From the NCBI RefSeq assembly GCF_009914755.1, contig NC_060945.1: a DNA stretch of 64,000 nucleotides; one strand, 5' to 3'. Below the pieces are notes generated by a model, which was not told where the DNA came from, searched no databases, and was given only the letters and a program-made list of their open reading frames with translations. Shown here piece after piece: positions 1 to 17,051 of this stretch. Numbering within the stretch: the first letter of the stretch is position 1; every line of letters begins with the position of its first letter. The DNA comes from the human T2T-CHM13v2.0 reference genome, Homo sapiens. Made by a program: the position numbers and the translations under genes.

Positions 1-121
1 TCCAACCCGTGACCCCACCTTCTTCCCTCCCACGCCCCCAGAGACACAGGGAGTACTGTTCTGAAAGTAGAGAGCTTTTCCTAGTTAGAAGTATCAAAAG
101 GGGGACTCCAGATGAACTTAC

Positions 122-165
122 CTATACAGCGTAAAGAAACCACTGCTTTTGAAGAACAGGCATCA
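122..165 (-). CDS. TMPRSS2: TMPRSS2 exon 8 (44 nt; SRCR, ..DACSSKAVVSLRCI); gene continues left of the window
   Basis: Minus strand TGCAG|TGATGCCTGTTCT...CTGTATAG|GTAAGT; in frame with exon 7. Confidence 0.97.
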
Positions 166-839
166 CTGCAAAAAGAACGGGAAATTCTGGTCACGATAGT
201 GCGGAGTCACCTGCCTCTCACATGCTTAGAAATCAGTCATTTCTTCCGATGTTCCCTCTCCTGTCTTCTGAGACATAGAAGGGTCTGCTAGTTACAACTC
301 CAATAAGGTAAGTAAATCCATATAGGGACAGTGGCAAAGACCAGACACTGAGCCAAGGTACGCGGCTCACATCCCCACAGTGTGACCTTGGGCAAGTTAC
401 TTAACCTCTCTTAAAATTGTACCAGCTCCTAGGACGGTTGTGAGGGTAAGCATACAATAATGCTAGTTTTGTTTTTCCTCTTGGAATTTAAAATCATCTT
501 CTAATTTTTAAGGAAGCCATTTGGAAACCTCTGGGCTCCTATAACTGCTTTAAATTTGTAGTGTTGAAAGCAATATAACCAATAGTTTCCCTAGGATTAG
601 AAGAAACGTAAGAGTTACTCATTTGGGAGTCAAACATCCCAGGTTATGGATGAAGAGGAAGTAACTGATGCATTTTGTCCTGCAGTGAATTTCCCAGGCT
701 ATGCTGAGAAGGAAAGACGCGGCCCCTGGCATGCAGAGCTGGCCCGCCCCGACAGCTGGGCCGTGTGCTCTGCGGAACCTGAATTATTTCACTGAGCGTC
801 AATATCGGACTAGGCCCCTCCATGCCTGAGATGGGGCAA

Positions 840-1231
840 GACACAAGGAGCCTCCTCTGAAATGATGTCTGAATAGACAGAACAGGAACCTTGTGCTCAC
901 AACCACAAAATCACGATCTGATGTCTCCTCCTGTCCTGGCTAACTTGAGCGACGGACGTTTCTTTACCAATCACAGCTTTAGCCTAGCCTCATTCCAACC
1001 TCCTCCTAGAAAAAAAATAATAAAGCAGCCTCACAGAATTACCCCTGCTTCCTGACAGCATCCAATCCAGAGCAAATCTCTGCTTCCTCCAACCACCCCC
1101 AAACCACCTTGCAGGAGCCCAGGCCCTACAATAATAGGTCCTTCCTGACACCTTCTTACTAAGGCACACCCCCCGGGTTCTCAGTGACTACAGGTGCATT
1201 CCAGGTGGACTCTGGCTCTGGGGCACTGACA
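840..1231 (+). mobile_element. MER77-like LTR fragment
   Basis: ccaatcacagctttagcct..cttcctgacagcatccaatccagagcaaa..gcactgaca. Confidence 0.6.
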
Positions 1232-2695
1232 CGGCCAAGTGAAGACATGTCCCCTTTAAGAGAAGACATTTCCTAAGAATCCTAAGGTCGGTAGGGATAG
1301 CCCTGTGTGGTCACAGCGCCAGGGCACATGTGGTTATTCACAGAAGCCCGACAGAAAACAAGCCAAGAACTCAGGCATCAAAGGGCAACTGCTGCACAGA
1401 AAGAGGAAAAGAAGTGCGCCTCCCCCCACCACCACCACCGAGATAGAATAGAGCCTACCAGACAATGGCCTTCTCTTCTTTCTTCCAAGCCCTCCAGCCT
1501 CCTTGTGAGTTCCCAAGGCTCTTGCCAAGGGACGGCAGCACCTCCTCCCCTCCCCCCGTCCCTGCCCGGCTGGACTTGGCTCCCTGATTCCGTGTGTAAC
1601 CCAGAAAGACAAAGAACCACTCAGCATTTACAAAGTGCCCAGGCAGCTGTGTTTAGCTTCTCCACAGGGACAAACCGCAGCCCTGCTGTTCTGATGGGTG
1701 CACCTGGCCGTGCACAGCCCTCCCCACTGGGCTTGCCCTGCCACATTCCCCAGGACAGCAGGCTGCAGTGGAAGTCAGGCCCCCAGACCCCTCCACCAGC
1801 GGCCTCCAGGAATGCAAACCTGCCCCAGGCTCCCACTCAGAGGAAAGGTGGCGCGGGGTGATTAGTTCATCCTCCCCCGAAATGCAGCACCTGGCACCTG
1901 GCAGGCAGGGAGGTGATGCCTAGACACCAGGCATAAGCCCTGGGGACCTGGGAGGCAAGGAGAGCTCATGGGCAAAGGACACTGTGTATCTTTCACATCA
2001 GAAAACACATAACAGCAACAATCATAGCAAGTCTGCAAACATCCTAAATATGTGCAAAGCAAAAGGAAGAGCCTAAGTCCATCCCCTCTTCTGCCCTCCC
2101 AGCCAGGTCAGCCACTCATCATGTGACCTGTGGCTTGTACCCACTTCTACCCCCTGGAAACACCACAACTCATTCCCAGGCCGCCAGAATGCTGCCCATC
2201 CCTCACAGAGCACCCTCTGGCACTGCTGTCCCGGGGTTGGGGCTAACGGGACCAGCCAGCCCAGCTGCCTGGAATGGAGCAGGACTTCCCTTGCTCAAGC
2301 CAGTGAAGTCCCTGGCAAACTGGAATGAGCCGGTCACCCTGGCTGGGACACTGAGACATTATCTTGGATTCCTAGAACCACGCCCTGACAAAATAGGTAC
2401 ACCTCTAAATGTCTGAAGAGGAAAGAAAACTAAATAGAGTTGAATGTCGATGTTGCAAGTGTGAGCCGCTACCAACAAGGGCAGACGGTAGAGGCTGAAA
2501 ATGAAATAGCAGAGAAACCTCAGCCACTTCCTATGAATAAACCAAGGGCTGCTTAGAGTAACCAGGCCTGGTCAGACTCTAATCTCCTCCCAATGCAAAA
2601 CCCATCCAGACCGAGTATTGCAGCTCAGAGAAATCAGACTCAGGACAACGATTCCCCATGGTGTCTCCTAGTTGATTTCATTCCAAAATTTTTCA

Positions 2696-2890
<195 letters not shown>

Positions 2891-4015
2891 TCATAATACC
2901 GCTCATACGACATTCAGAATAAGAGGGAAAAACCTTAGCATTTAGGAAAAAAAATCACACGTTCTAACCAAGTGCTAGAATATTGTAACGATTTTTCGAT
3001 TCAATAACCCTAAAGTGTCAGACAAAATTCCTTCATTGGTCGTGTTTCTTATCCAGGTTAGGATCAAGAAACTATGAGAAGGACATAGGATTGTATAATC
3101 ATACACACATTTAATCTAATAAAAGGTACAGATGTTAACATGGCCCCAGTTATCAATTCCACCAGGTTCCTGGACTGTGATGGGGGCTTTGCTGTGTAAT
3201 TCACCCCTGCTGTTTAGGGATGTCACAGTGACTAGCTAAGATGCCAACTTTCTCACCGAGTGGTAATTCATTCTGAAAACTGGCATATTGAATACCCTAA
3301 AGTTGCATAGAAATCACCTGGGGACCCTCCCATGGAAAACAAAGTGGCAGTAGCATCCTACCACCCTCTCCCCCGATGCCTGAGGGCTGCCGCATCTCCC
3401 CAGGCAGTGCTGGTAAATGGTAACCACCGCCCCACCCCCGTTAGGAATCACTGTCAGGCGACACACACCCTGTTAAGCCTTCCCACCTTCCCTCAGAGCT
3501 ACGAGCAGGAATGACATTTTTTAAGTATCAGTCTGATTGATTGATTCTCTCCCCAGCTCAAAAGGCTTCCATGGCTCCCGAATGAAGTGAAACTGGCACA
3601 GGATTTGTCTCTGCTGCTCTCCCCAGCCCAACCCTCCTCGCCAGCTGTTCTGGTCCAACCTCTACCCAGGGAGGTGAATGGACCCTGGCTGAGAGGCACC
3701 TTGGAAAAAGAGGCACCTAACGCCCTCAGCCTACCCCTCTGACCAGATGACCACAGCACTGGGCACTCCCGAGCAACCAGGAGTCTATAGAGGCCAAGGA
3801 GGAGGCAGGGCAAGGTGGCAGTGAGCCAAGGTCTGTGTGCTGGGCACAGCCCTAGCAGGACAAATTCCACCTGCTGGTTATAGGGCTCAGCTTTTGGAAG
3901 GTGACAATTGTCCCCAGCACTCATGTGCCGGTGATTTCACAGGGAGGCAGAGAGAGGGTCTTCTCGTGTTTCTGCTGTCTGTTACTGTCACTCGGCGGGT
4001 GCTGCCCCATACTCA

Positions 4016-4478
<463 letters not shown>

Positions 4479-4599
4479 TTGTCCCAACTTGTATCGTCCT
4501 AGCTGCTACCCAAGCCCCGCGCTCTCCACGGCTCCGGAGGTGGCAGCACAGTTCACTCTTCTCAAGGCACTGACCGCACACAAAGGGAGGCCACAAATC

Positions 4600-5310
4600 T
4601 ATTCTTTTTCTGCTAAAAAGTGCTCTCTACACAAGAGAATTGAAAACAGGCATTGGGTCCAAAACTTGTACAAATGTTCACTGCAACCCTCTTAAAGCAG
4701 CTGAAAGGCGAAAACACTCCAAACGCCCACCAACGGCTGGGTGAGCAGAATAGGATATGTCCAAGATACACAATGGAATACGATTCAGCCAGAAGAGGGA
4801 ATGAAATTCAGGCTGCAACCTGGATGAGTGCTGAAGACCTTATGCTCAGTGAAAGGAGCCGGACATACTGCATGAGCCGACTCACATGGAATGCCACTTA
4901 TATTGTGTGAGCCCACGTATTGCATGATCCCGCTCACATGGAATGCCTAGAGTAGGAAATCTATAGACACTAAGTAGATTAGTGGTTGCTTATGAGTAGG
5001 AGGGACGGGCTGGGAGGAGGGATATGGGGTGATAGTTCAAGGGCTTGGGGTTTCTTTATGAGCTGATGAAAATATGCTAAAATTGACTGTGGTGATAGTT
5101 GCACATATTCGTGAATATATAAAAGCCAGTGAATTATATATTTAAATTTTATGGTACATACATTACATATCAATAAGCTGTTTTATATAAAAAATTATAT
5201 CTCAATAAGCTATTTCATATATATGTTTTATATATAAAAGCACTGAATTATATACTTGAATTTTATGGTACATAAATTAGATCTCAATAAGCTGTTTTTA
5301 AAAATATATA
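4600..5310 (+). mobile_element. Old L1M 3'-end fragment with internal tandem duplications
   Basis: acaatggaatacgattcagcc..tatgctcagtgaaagg..ctcaataagctg. Confidence 0.72.
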
Positions 5311-5316
5311 AGATAA

Positions 5317-5693
<377 letters not shown>

Positions 5694-6229
5694 TCAACAT
5701 TCTGCTGAAATGATCTCAGCTCTTTTATTTAAAGAAACAAAACATTACAAACACCGTTGAAGTCGCTCCCTATTCCCAATCTCTTCTCTCCCTCCCTAGA
5801 GGTAACCACCATCCAGAGTTTTGGGGACTTTTTGCTGGGCAGGATAATACATGGGGTGGGCGTATTCACAGAACAGAATCCCATGCAGCTTAAGGGTTAA
5901 GCAGAGCATCATGAACAGGAAGAAGCTTGAAAACAGCGCTGTGGGAAAGAGAGCAAGTGATAAATGATGCGTTCAAGTATCACGTTATTCATGCAAAGCT
6001 GAAAGCATGGAAACAATGCTGTGTGGTTTGGGAGAAATACACATGGGCTTAAAGTATAAAGTGAGGACCTGGCTATGCTCTAGCCTCTCTTCTTACTTCC
6101 TACGAGTGGCCCTGACTCACTGGACAGTCTGGTACCTGTGGGCTTGTTCCCCCATGAAATGACTTGGGTCTGATTATTGTCTAATGCCTCTGTGGTGAGT
6201 GATTCCACATCCTATCTGTGAGTCGGTCA

Positions 6230-6810
6230 CAGGTTACATGAATGGTTAAACATTGTGCTACATCTGGACAACGGAATATTATTTGGTGCTAAAAAGAAAT
6301 GAGCTATCAAGCCATGAAAAGGCATGGAGGAAACTTGAATGCATATTACTAAGTAAAGGAAGCCAACAAAGTGAAGGAAGGTGTATGTGGTGAAGGCTAC
6401 ATACTCCATGATTCCAACGCTACAACATCCTGAAAAGACCAAAACTTCGGAGGCACTAAGAAGATCAGATAGCTGGGGTGAGTGGGGAGAGAGAAACAGG
6501 TGCAGCAAAAGAGGTTTTAAGGCAGGAGAACTACTCTGGACGATACTATCATTGTGGCTGTACAGCATTATGCATTTGTCAAATCCCACAGAACTGTACA
6601 AGAGAAAGGGTGAAGTCCAGGACTTCAGTTCATCATAATGTATGCATCAGGTTCATCGGTGTTAATGAACGCACAGCACTGATGTGGGATGTTCATAACA
6701 GGGCAACTGTGTGCTGGGGAGGAGTACAAGGAGCTCGCTGCCCTGTCTGTTTCATTTTCTGTAAACCTAAAACCGCTCTAAAATATAAAGTCTGTTCACT
6801 TTTTTAAAAG
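6230..6810 (+). mobile_element. Old L1M 3'-end fragment
   Basis: gagctatcaagccatgaaaag..gcatattactaagt..ctgtaaacctaaaacc. Confidence 0.72.
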
Positions 6811-6840
6811 TAACTGAAATGAATACACTTCTTCTTCTTC

Positions 6841-7149
<309 letters not shown>

Positions 7150-7383
7150 TAAAAACAAAACTGCCACTGTGGCTCAAAGGGAGACACTTCATTCTTGGCT
7201 TGTGGGTAATTTTAGGGATTTTCTTTCCCTTCCAGCTATCTGCACCCGGAAGAGACGGCAGCTGATAAGCCAGAGAGCTGGAAAAGGTCTCAAGCTAGTC
7301 CTTTTTTTTTTTTTTTTTAAATATTAGGATTTTTTTTCTCAGCTTTGTCAAAGTATAGTTGACAAATAAAAATTTTACATGTA

Positions 7384-7660
7384 GGCCTGGTGCTGTGGTT
7401 CATGCCTGTAATCTCAGCACTTTGGAAGGGCAAGGCGGGAGGATCACTTGAGCCCAGAGTTCGAGACCAACCCCATCTCCACCAAAAAATATAAATATAT
7501 ATGCATTAGCCTGGCATGATGGTACATGCCTGTGGCCCCAGCTTTTCAGGAGGCTGAGGGGGAAGGATGGATTGAGCCCAGGAGGTCGAGGCTGCAATGA
7601 GCCATGACTGAGCCACTGCACTCCAGACTGGGTGACAGAAGGAGACCTTGTCTCAACAAA
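7384..7660 (+). mobile_element. Alu (J-like) nested in a minus-strand L1 fragment
   Basis: Diverged Alu consensus. Confidence 0.88.
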
Positions 7661-8614
7661 ACCCAATTGTACATGTTTAATGTGTACAGCGTGATGACTG
7701 GATATCCGCTGTGAAATGCTCACCGTAATAAAGCTAGTTAACATGTCCACCACGTCACATAATTACCATTTTCTTTTCTCTTTTCTGTGGTGAGAATACT
7801 TAAAATCTGCCCTTTTAGCAAATTCCAGGTATAGAGTACAGCATTGATAACTAGAGTGAACAATTTAGTTTCTTTTCTGAGATTCTGAGAAAGACTCACA
7901 GAAAGGATAGCAACGGAAGTAGAAAGTGAATTAGTGTTAAAATATGCGCACACACACCCTTGGGAAGAAAGCGCTACACACATTTTTGAATGTTTTCCAT
8001 GGGACGGGTCATATTCTTCAGCATCCTAAGGTGTTCATTTCAGCAAAAACAATTTCTACTCTACGAAATGGACAAATTAAAAGTGCACCCTATGCCTGTT
8101 CTGGTCTAAGAGAGAATACATGCACAGCGTTATGTTTGTCTGTTTCCTTTTATATGAATAATCAATATGGAAACTGGATAAAACCAAACTGAAGCCGGTC
8201 TAGGTCTGTCAGGTTACAGATCCACACGCCCTCTGACCTAGCAGTTCTACTCCTGGAAGCGTTTCCTACTGATATGCTCACACACTTGGAGCAGTGTGTG
8301 TTACAGCAAAAGGATGGAGAAAACCTTAAGGTCCACCAAGAAGAGACAGGGGCAATAATGGTGCATCCATGCAAAGGACCAACTGTGCCATGGTGGGAAA
8401 AAACAGGGGGCTCATTTCCCTAAGGAATGCTGTCCAGGATGGTATCCAGTGCAGGAGAGTCAACTGGCTAGGAACCACTGGGAAATAGGGTCATGGTAAC
8501 GCAGAAATACCTGTGCTTCTTTATGCAAAAACTCTCTGGAAAGAGAAGCAACTCAGACGAGTTGCCCCAAGAAATGTGATTGGCTGGTAAACAGGTGGGC
8601 ATGTATGGGAGTGA

Positions 8615-8616
<2 letters not shown>

Positions 8617-8655
<39 letters not shown>
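8617..8655. repeat. (TG)n microsatellite in intron 5
   Basis: Read directly. Confidence 0.97.
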
Positions 8656-8656
<1 letters not shown>

Positions 8657-8891
8657 TGGGGTGTATGGGGGGATGCGGGGTAGGTAAGTAAGCAGAGCAA
8701 GGAAGAAGAGATTTTTCACAGCATACCCTTTTGTACTTCCTTGATTTTGACCTAATAATACTTTAATAGTGTACAACTATTAAAGTATTTAAATAAATAC
8801 GACTTAAATATTAAGAAGAGAGCAACTCTTCAGGTAACATAAGGACTTTGTTGGTGTTTATTCACCCACATGTGCACATAGGAGAACATCA

Positions 8892-9251
<360 letters not shown>

Positions 9252-9774
9252 CTACTCAATCTCAAAAACTCCCACTTTATTTTAGAAACCAAATAAAGCA
9301 AAAGAACTATGTTTAATCAGCAAATGCATCATTTTCAAGTGCAAACCTTTTTCTGGGAAGCAAGACTGTGCTGGAGGAAAGGTATCAAGAACACGGAACA
9401 CTTGGGCCTGCTCAAGGCCGGCACGAGGGCCGAGCTCCACGGGCCAGTGCTCCTCACCAGGAAATTCCACAGCCAGGACTGACAGCGAGGGCTTAACAGG
9501 AAACCAGTCCTCACCAAGGATGGCCCTTAGGAGAGGGGGGATTACTTTGGCATGGAAAAATCTTTGGCTAGAATTCTCGGCCAGCTCTGAGGCTTGTGGT
9601 TTCTACAGAAAACTCCAGGAGGTTAGGACTGCACTTGAGGGAGGGGAGGAGAACTACCTAAGAGATTTCTGGTAAGTCCTCTGACTCTACAATTCTGAAA
9701 TTTCTATTTCTAGAAAAAACAAATGGTTCTAGTGTAAACATGTCAGAGTGTGCTTAGCTGGAACTAAGATATGA

Positions 9775-10135
<361 letters not shown>

Positions 10136-10339
10136 GGAAATAAGTTTTAAAGGAAGAGGAAGAAAAGTAAAAGGCAGCTCTTAAAGAGAAACGAGCCAGC
10201 TCCCTGCCATCTGCAGAGCCCCATTCCGTACGCAGCTGGCAGGAGGGGGATGATTAGCACAACCCTCATACTCAGGATCGTTTCCCTGTTCGAGTCACTA
10301 ACTACCCTTGAAATCACCCTCAAAAATTCATGAAAAATA

Positions 10340-11222
10340 CAAATAAAAATGCAAATGAAAACCACAATGAGGTATCATCTCATACCTCTTCAAATGGCTA
10401 CTATCAGAAAGATGGAAAATAACAGGAGTTGGTGAGGTTGTAGAAGAGAAATGGAGACTTTGCACCGTGGGGGTGGGAGTGGAAGTTGCTACAGCCATTA
10501 TGGAAAACAGTATGGAGTTTCCTCAAAAGGTGAGAAACAGAACTGCCATGTGATCCAGCAATCTCACTGCTGGGTTTATATCCAAAGGAAAGGAAATCCG
10601 TGTGTTGAAGAGGGACCTGCACGCCCACGCTCACTGCGGCATTTTTCACAACAGCCAAGACATGACATCAACCTAACAGTCCATCAGTGAATGAAGGGAT
10701 AAAGAAAATGTGGTGTATATGCACAAGGCAATACTATTCAGCCACAAGAAAGAAGGAAATCCTGTCATTTCCAACAACATAGATGAAGCTGGAGGACATT
10801 ACGCTAAGTGAACAAGCCAGACACAGAGACACAAACACTGCATGAGGCCACTTACATGTGGAATGTATAAACATCAAACTCACAGAAGCAGAGTAGAAAG
10901 GCAGCTATCAGAGGCTGGGGGCGGGGGGTGACAACACTGGGGAGATGTTGGTCAGAGGTCACAAAATCTTAGTTAGACAGGAGGAATAAGTTCGAGCAAT
11001 CTATTGTACATCATAGTGACTGCAGTTAATAAACTATATGTTGCATATTTGAAAATCACTACAAGAGTAGGTTTTATGTGTTCTTAATAAGACACGTATA
11101 TGAGGTAAGGCCCATGTTCTAGCTTGACTTAGCCATGCCACAGGCATACACGTATCCAAACATCATGTGGTATGCCATAAATAGGAGCAATGCTTCCTAG
11201 TTCATTAAAATAAATAAATAGA
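10340..11222 (+). mobile_element. L1MA-like 3' end
   Basis: aaatgcaaatgaaaaccacaatgag..cagccattatggaaaacagtatggag..A-rich tail. Confidence 0.85.
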
Positions 11223-11334
11223 TAAACCACAGAAAATAAAATGAAACAGATGAGCCCACCCTGTGACAACAGATAGACCTTTAAAGGCAGCTTGTTTTGA
11301 AAATAACATAGTGCATCTCCAATTTTGTTTTTAA

Positions 11335-12127
<793 letters not shown>

Positions 12128-12169
12128 TTACTGTAGCTCGCTGCAGCCTCCAACTCCTGGCCCCACTGT

Positions 12170-12475
12170 GTTTTGTTTTGTTTTGTTTTTGAGATGAAGT
12201 CTCATTCTGTCACCCAGGCTGGAGTGCAGGGGCACAATCTTGGCTCACTGCAACCTCCAACTCCTGGGTTCAAGTGATCCTCCTGCCCCAGCCTCCTAAG
12301 TAGCTGGGATTACAGGTGCACGCCACCACGCCTGACTAATTTTTGTATTTTTAGTAGAGATGGAGTTTCAACATGTTGGCCAGGCTTGTGGTCTCAAACT
12401 CCTGACCTCAGGTGGTCCACCTGCCTTGGCCTCTTAAAGTGCTGGGATAACAGGCGTGAGCCACCTCACCCAGCC
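12170..12475 (-). mobile_element. Alu
   Basis: Dimer with (GTTTT)n tail. Confidence 0.94.
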
Positions 12476-13041
12476 AATCCCCCACTTTAATAAGGAGGAG
12501 AAGTGTCCTTGCCACCAGCAAGTATAAGTGGAATTAGCACTGGGGCACCTTACTTCCGTGGGGGCAATGGGAAGGACCCTCTCAGTGTTTGGGTTTGGAC
12601 GGCACTCACACGTCCTCTCTGCCACACAGGTAACTTGAAGGATCCACAATGGCACATGGGTCTGCACCACCCCAGGCTGATGGGAAGGCTCAGGCTGCAG
12701 TTGCAGGAGGTGGGACATGGAGGGGTGGGCCTGGTCCCCAACAGCCACTGCTGTGCAGTGAGATACAGGTAACTGGGTGTGGCCCCAAGGTAGAAGAACC
12801 TGTGCTCACAGTGCTGGGTGGCACCAAGCACCCCAAAGCACTGGGTACATTCTAAATGCTTTCCCCATGATGTGTCAATCTCATAGCTAAACAAGAGAAG
12901 GGAAGAGAGACAGCCTCGTTATGTAAGAGAGGAACCTCACGGAGGGCCTCCAGAGGTCTCAATAGCCCAGAGAGCAGGGTCTGGCTCAGAGCACTGGGGA
13001 CTGCAGGAGCACATGGTGGGATCGAGGCTCCCTGCACTTAC

Positions 13042-13128
13042 TGAACTTCCAGAGTAGGCCAGCGGCCAGCGCAGCTCCCACGAGGAAGGTCCCCAGGGTC
13101 AAGGTGATGCACAGTGCTTTCTTAGTCT
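13042..13128 (-). CDS. TMPRSS2: TMPRSS2 exon 4 (87 nt; type II transmembrane anchor)
   Basis: TCCAG|AGACTAAG...AGTTCA|GTAAGT; TKKALCITLTLGTFLVGAALAAGLLWKF. Confidence 0.98.
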
Positions 13129-13354
13129 CTGGAAGAAGGAGGAGAGTGCAACGTTCAGACCAGAGTTGTTTAGAAGTCATGCTCTCAAATGTTATCTATT
13201 ATTTTTATAGTACACCACATTAAGAAATAATTATTTCATATACACTTAAAAATGTGACTTTTAATTTTAAGAAATATCATGGACGATCCTACTTCTTCCA
13301 TAACACTAAACCTTATGCAATTTGGAGACCAACAGGAGGAAGCTGTGATCTTCA

Positions 13355-13705
<351 letters not shown>

Positions 13706-13890
13706 CTAAAAGAGGGTCTTAAAATAGGCAGATGATTAATGTAAAAAAAAAAAAAGAACTAAGACCTCATCTTGGTAATTACAAGCATAAGCAAAATAAT
13801 AATACTGTCCTAAAAACTATCATCACTCTGTTAGTGGTACTCAAAGCAGAATAAATTGTCTTACCCAAGGCTATTTAGCGAATGGATGCT

Positions 13891-14072
13891 ACTGTCCCAT
13901 TCGGACATCCACCAAAGCTACATGTGGCTATTTAATTAATGTCCCATGGAATTAAGTAAAATGATGTAAATTCAAGTGCTCAGTCATCATATGTGGCTGG
14001 TGGCTACCATGTCAGACAGTGCAGCTGTAGAACCTTCCCATGGTGTCCCTAAGTCCTGCTGGACAGCGCCAG
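13891..14072 (-). mobile_element. MER3-like hAT-Charlie MITE
   Basis: Internal symmetry catgtggcta / atgtggctggtggctacc, with ctgtcc / ggacag ends. Confidence 0.65.
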
Positions 14073-14573
14073 TGCAGGCCTTTTGGTCCAAGTGCAGAAA
14101 TACCAAACTCAGAGGAAAGGCACATTTCAGAAAAAAAACGAATTTGGAAAAGGTCACTGATTTTTCTCTAGTGAGACATAGCATTATTGGTCAGAGGGTA
14201 AGCCAAAAGTCACACAGAGTTCAGAAGACAGCTACAGGTGCCAGAGAGGCATGGCAGAGTCAGACGCTGGGCTCAGCCAGCTCATGGGCCAGGAGGGAGG
14301 GCATCCATCCCCATCACCCCAGTGATGCCCAGCAGCCCCAGGTCCAGGAGCTCCCAGGAGCTTTCCCTGAAGAAAGGTGCAGAGGTGGAGGAGAGGGGAG
14401 GAGAAGGCATTTGAACAGACCCTCCCAGGCTGGAGAGGTGGTGTGGCAGCCTGGAACTCCCCACCTGGCCACACCTGTGCCTCCGGAGGTCTGCCAGGGC
14501 GATAAGCTCAGAGCTGACCCATCTGCTGAGGGCTCGATGCCATACCTCTCTCTTTGTGACAACATTCTGATAA

Positions 14574-14982
<409 letters not shown>

Positions 14983-15431
14983 TGAATCTGAATTTCTAAC
15001 AGGCTCACAGATGAGGCCAGCACCACTGGTCTGAGGGCCATGCCCAGGCACACGATGTTCTCATAACTCGGCTGCAATGATTATATATGATGGAGGCAAG
15101 CTGGGGCCAAGGTAGTTCATGAGAGAAATTCCAGATGCCCTCTCTGGCCCATTACCAAGGACACTTTCCTCCGTCTATGGCTTCCCGAGTGCCATTTTAT
15201 CCAAGATAAAATAACTGGTCTGCTGAGATGAGGGCTATTCAGTTAGGTATCCTGAACCTCACACTGAGCATGTGCCAATCTGTACAGTTCTCACCAGGAG
15301 AGTGTGTAAAGCGGGAAGCCCTCAAGTTTACTTTGCTGGACAGGCATCTGTAGTCAGCGCGTGGTCAGTACAGACACCACTGGGTCTTGGCTTGTCACGG
15401 CTGCTGTTGCACAGTTTAATTACAACTCACT

Positions 15432-15794
<363 letters not shown>

Positions 15795-16493
15795 TCAATC
15801 ATGACCAACTTAAGGTTGTCAACTCAGCCTCATGGTTTCTCACGTTTAGCTGCTTGTTTCACACGCACATTTGGAGGACTATGGACCTTCGATTCTCCAA
15901 AGCCTAAGGTTTAAGCTGTGTGTTCGCTCCTACTCAATCATCAACCTTCTACGGCTGTTGCTAAAGCAAATAAATACATTAAGTCTAGAAAAATTCCTTA
16001 TACTCCTGATGGGTGCTTCTGAATTGGTGCTACTCAATAACTGGGAGAAGAGTTTCAAAGCCAAACATTACACTTTCAAAATGTATACATTTCTATATAT
16101 TAGATGCCAACAGTGTTTTCTTAAAAATAGTACCAGGGTAAGTTCAATTAAATTACTAAATTATTTCTGAGTTTATAAATTTTATAATGCAAAAATCATA
16201 CATGTAGGTTCATATTCTTCCCTTATAAAAGCAACTGATAAGGGACTGATATATCCCTGTCCAACTCTGTCATCATCTAGTCTTTCCCAGGAAACGTGGA
16301 AATGTGTCCATCATGTGGGCCAGGGGTTCGTCTGCCTTCCTGGGTTTAGCCATCACTGGTGGGAACACCACCGTCTGGAGATGCTGACTTCAGGAGAGGG
16401 CCTTCACTGCCATTTCTTAGGGGGGTAGCTCACACAGACAGTTCCTTATCCCCTTCACCCTGGCTTCCTTCCATCCCCACGGTGGACAAAGAT

Positions 16494-16702
16494 CAGGAGT
16501 TCCCAACCTCCACACTAAGCGATATTTTACCTGGAGGATTCTTTGCTGTCGGGGGGCTGTCTTGTGCCTTGCGGGAGGTTGAGCAGCATCCCCGGTGCCT
16601 ACCTAGGAGCAGCACCCCCTCCCCACTTGTAACCACCCACACTGTCTCCAGACACTGCCAATTGTCTCTGGGGGTCCAAATTGTCCTGACTGAGAACCAC
16701 TG
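16494..16702 (+). mobile_element. MER20 DNA transposon
   Basis: agcagcatccc..tgtctccagacactgcca..tgagaaccactg. Confidence 0.78.
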
Positions 16703-17051
16703 GCCTTGACCTACCCAACCACCCCCAGAAGAACATCAGTGCAAACACAAGTATCTGCTCGGTGGGGAGCATCGGAAGAAGGGAAAGAGAGAATGAGAGA
16801 AGGGAGAGAAAGGAATTAAGGCTCATGAAGGGGTAGAAAACTCAGAGACAGGAGGTGGCTGGAGAGGAACAGGGTGGAAGAGCCATTTGTGAAGGGTGAG
16901 GGGGTGAGAGGAGGGGTAGAAACGCAGGAGCGACAGCACTTGTCCTGAGTGGGGGAGAGGTGGGGACAGACAGGGCTTCACAGAGCACTGGCATTAATCA
17001 CGTTGATGACTGATTATGTGATGTGGACACATGGAAATTCACATTCTGACG

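Noticed and set aside
1976-1990. AGGACActgTGTATC ARE-like motif
   Set aside because: Lacks the key C of the second half site; expected by chance in 64 kb
5113-5310. AT-rich direct repeats that superficially resemble an array
   Set aside because: Tandem duplications of an L1 3' end; human DNA, no CRISPR structure
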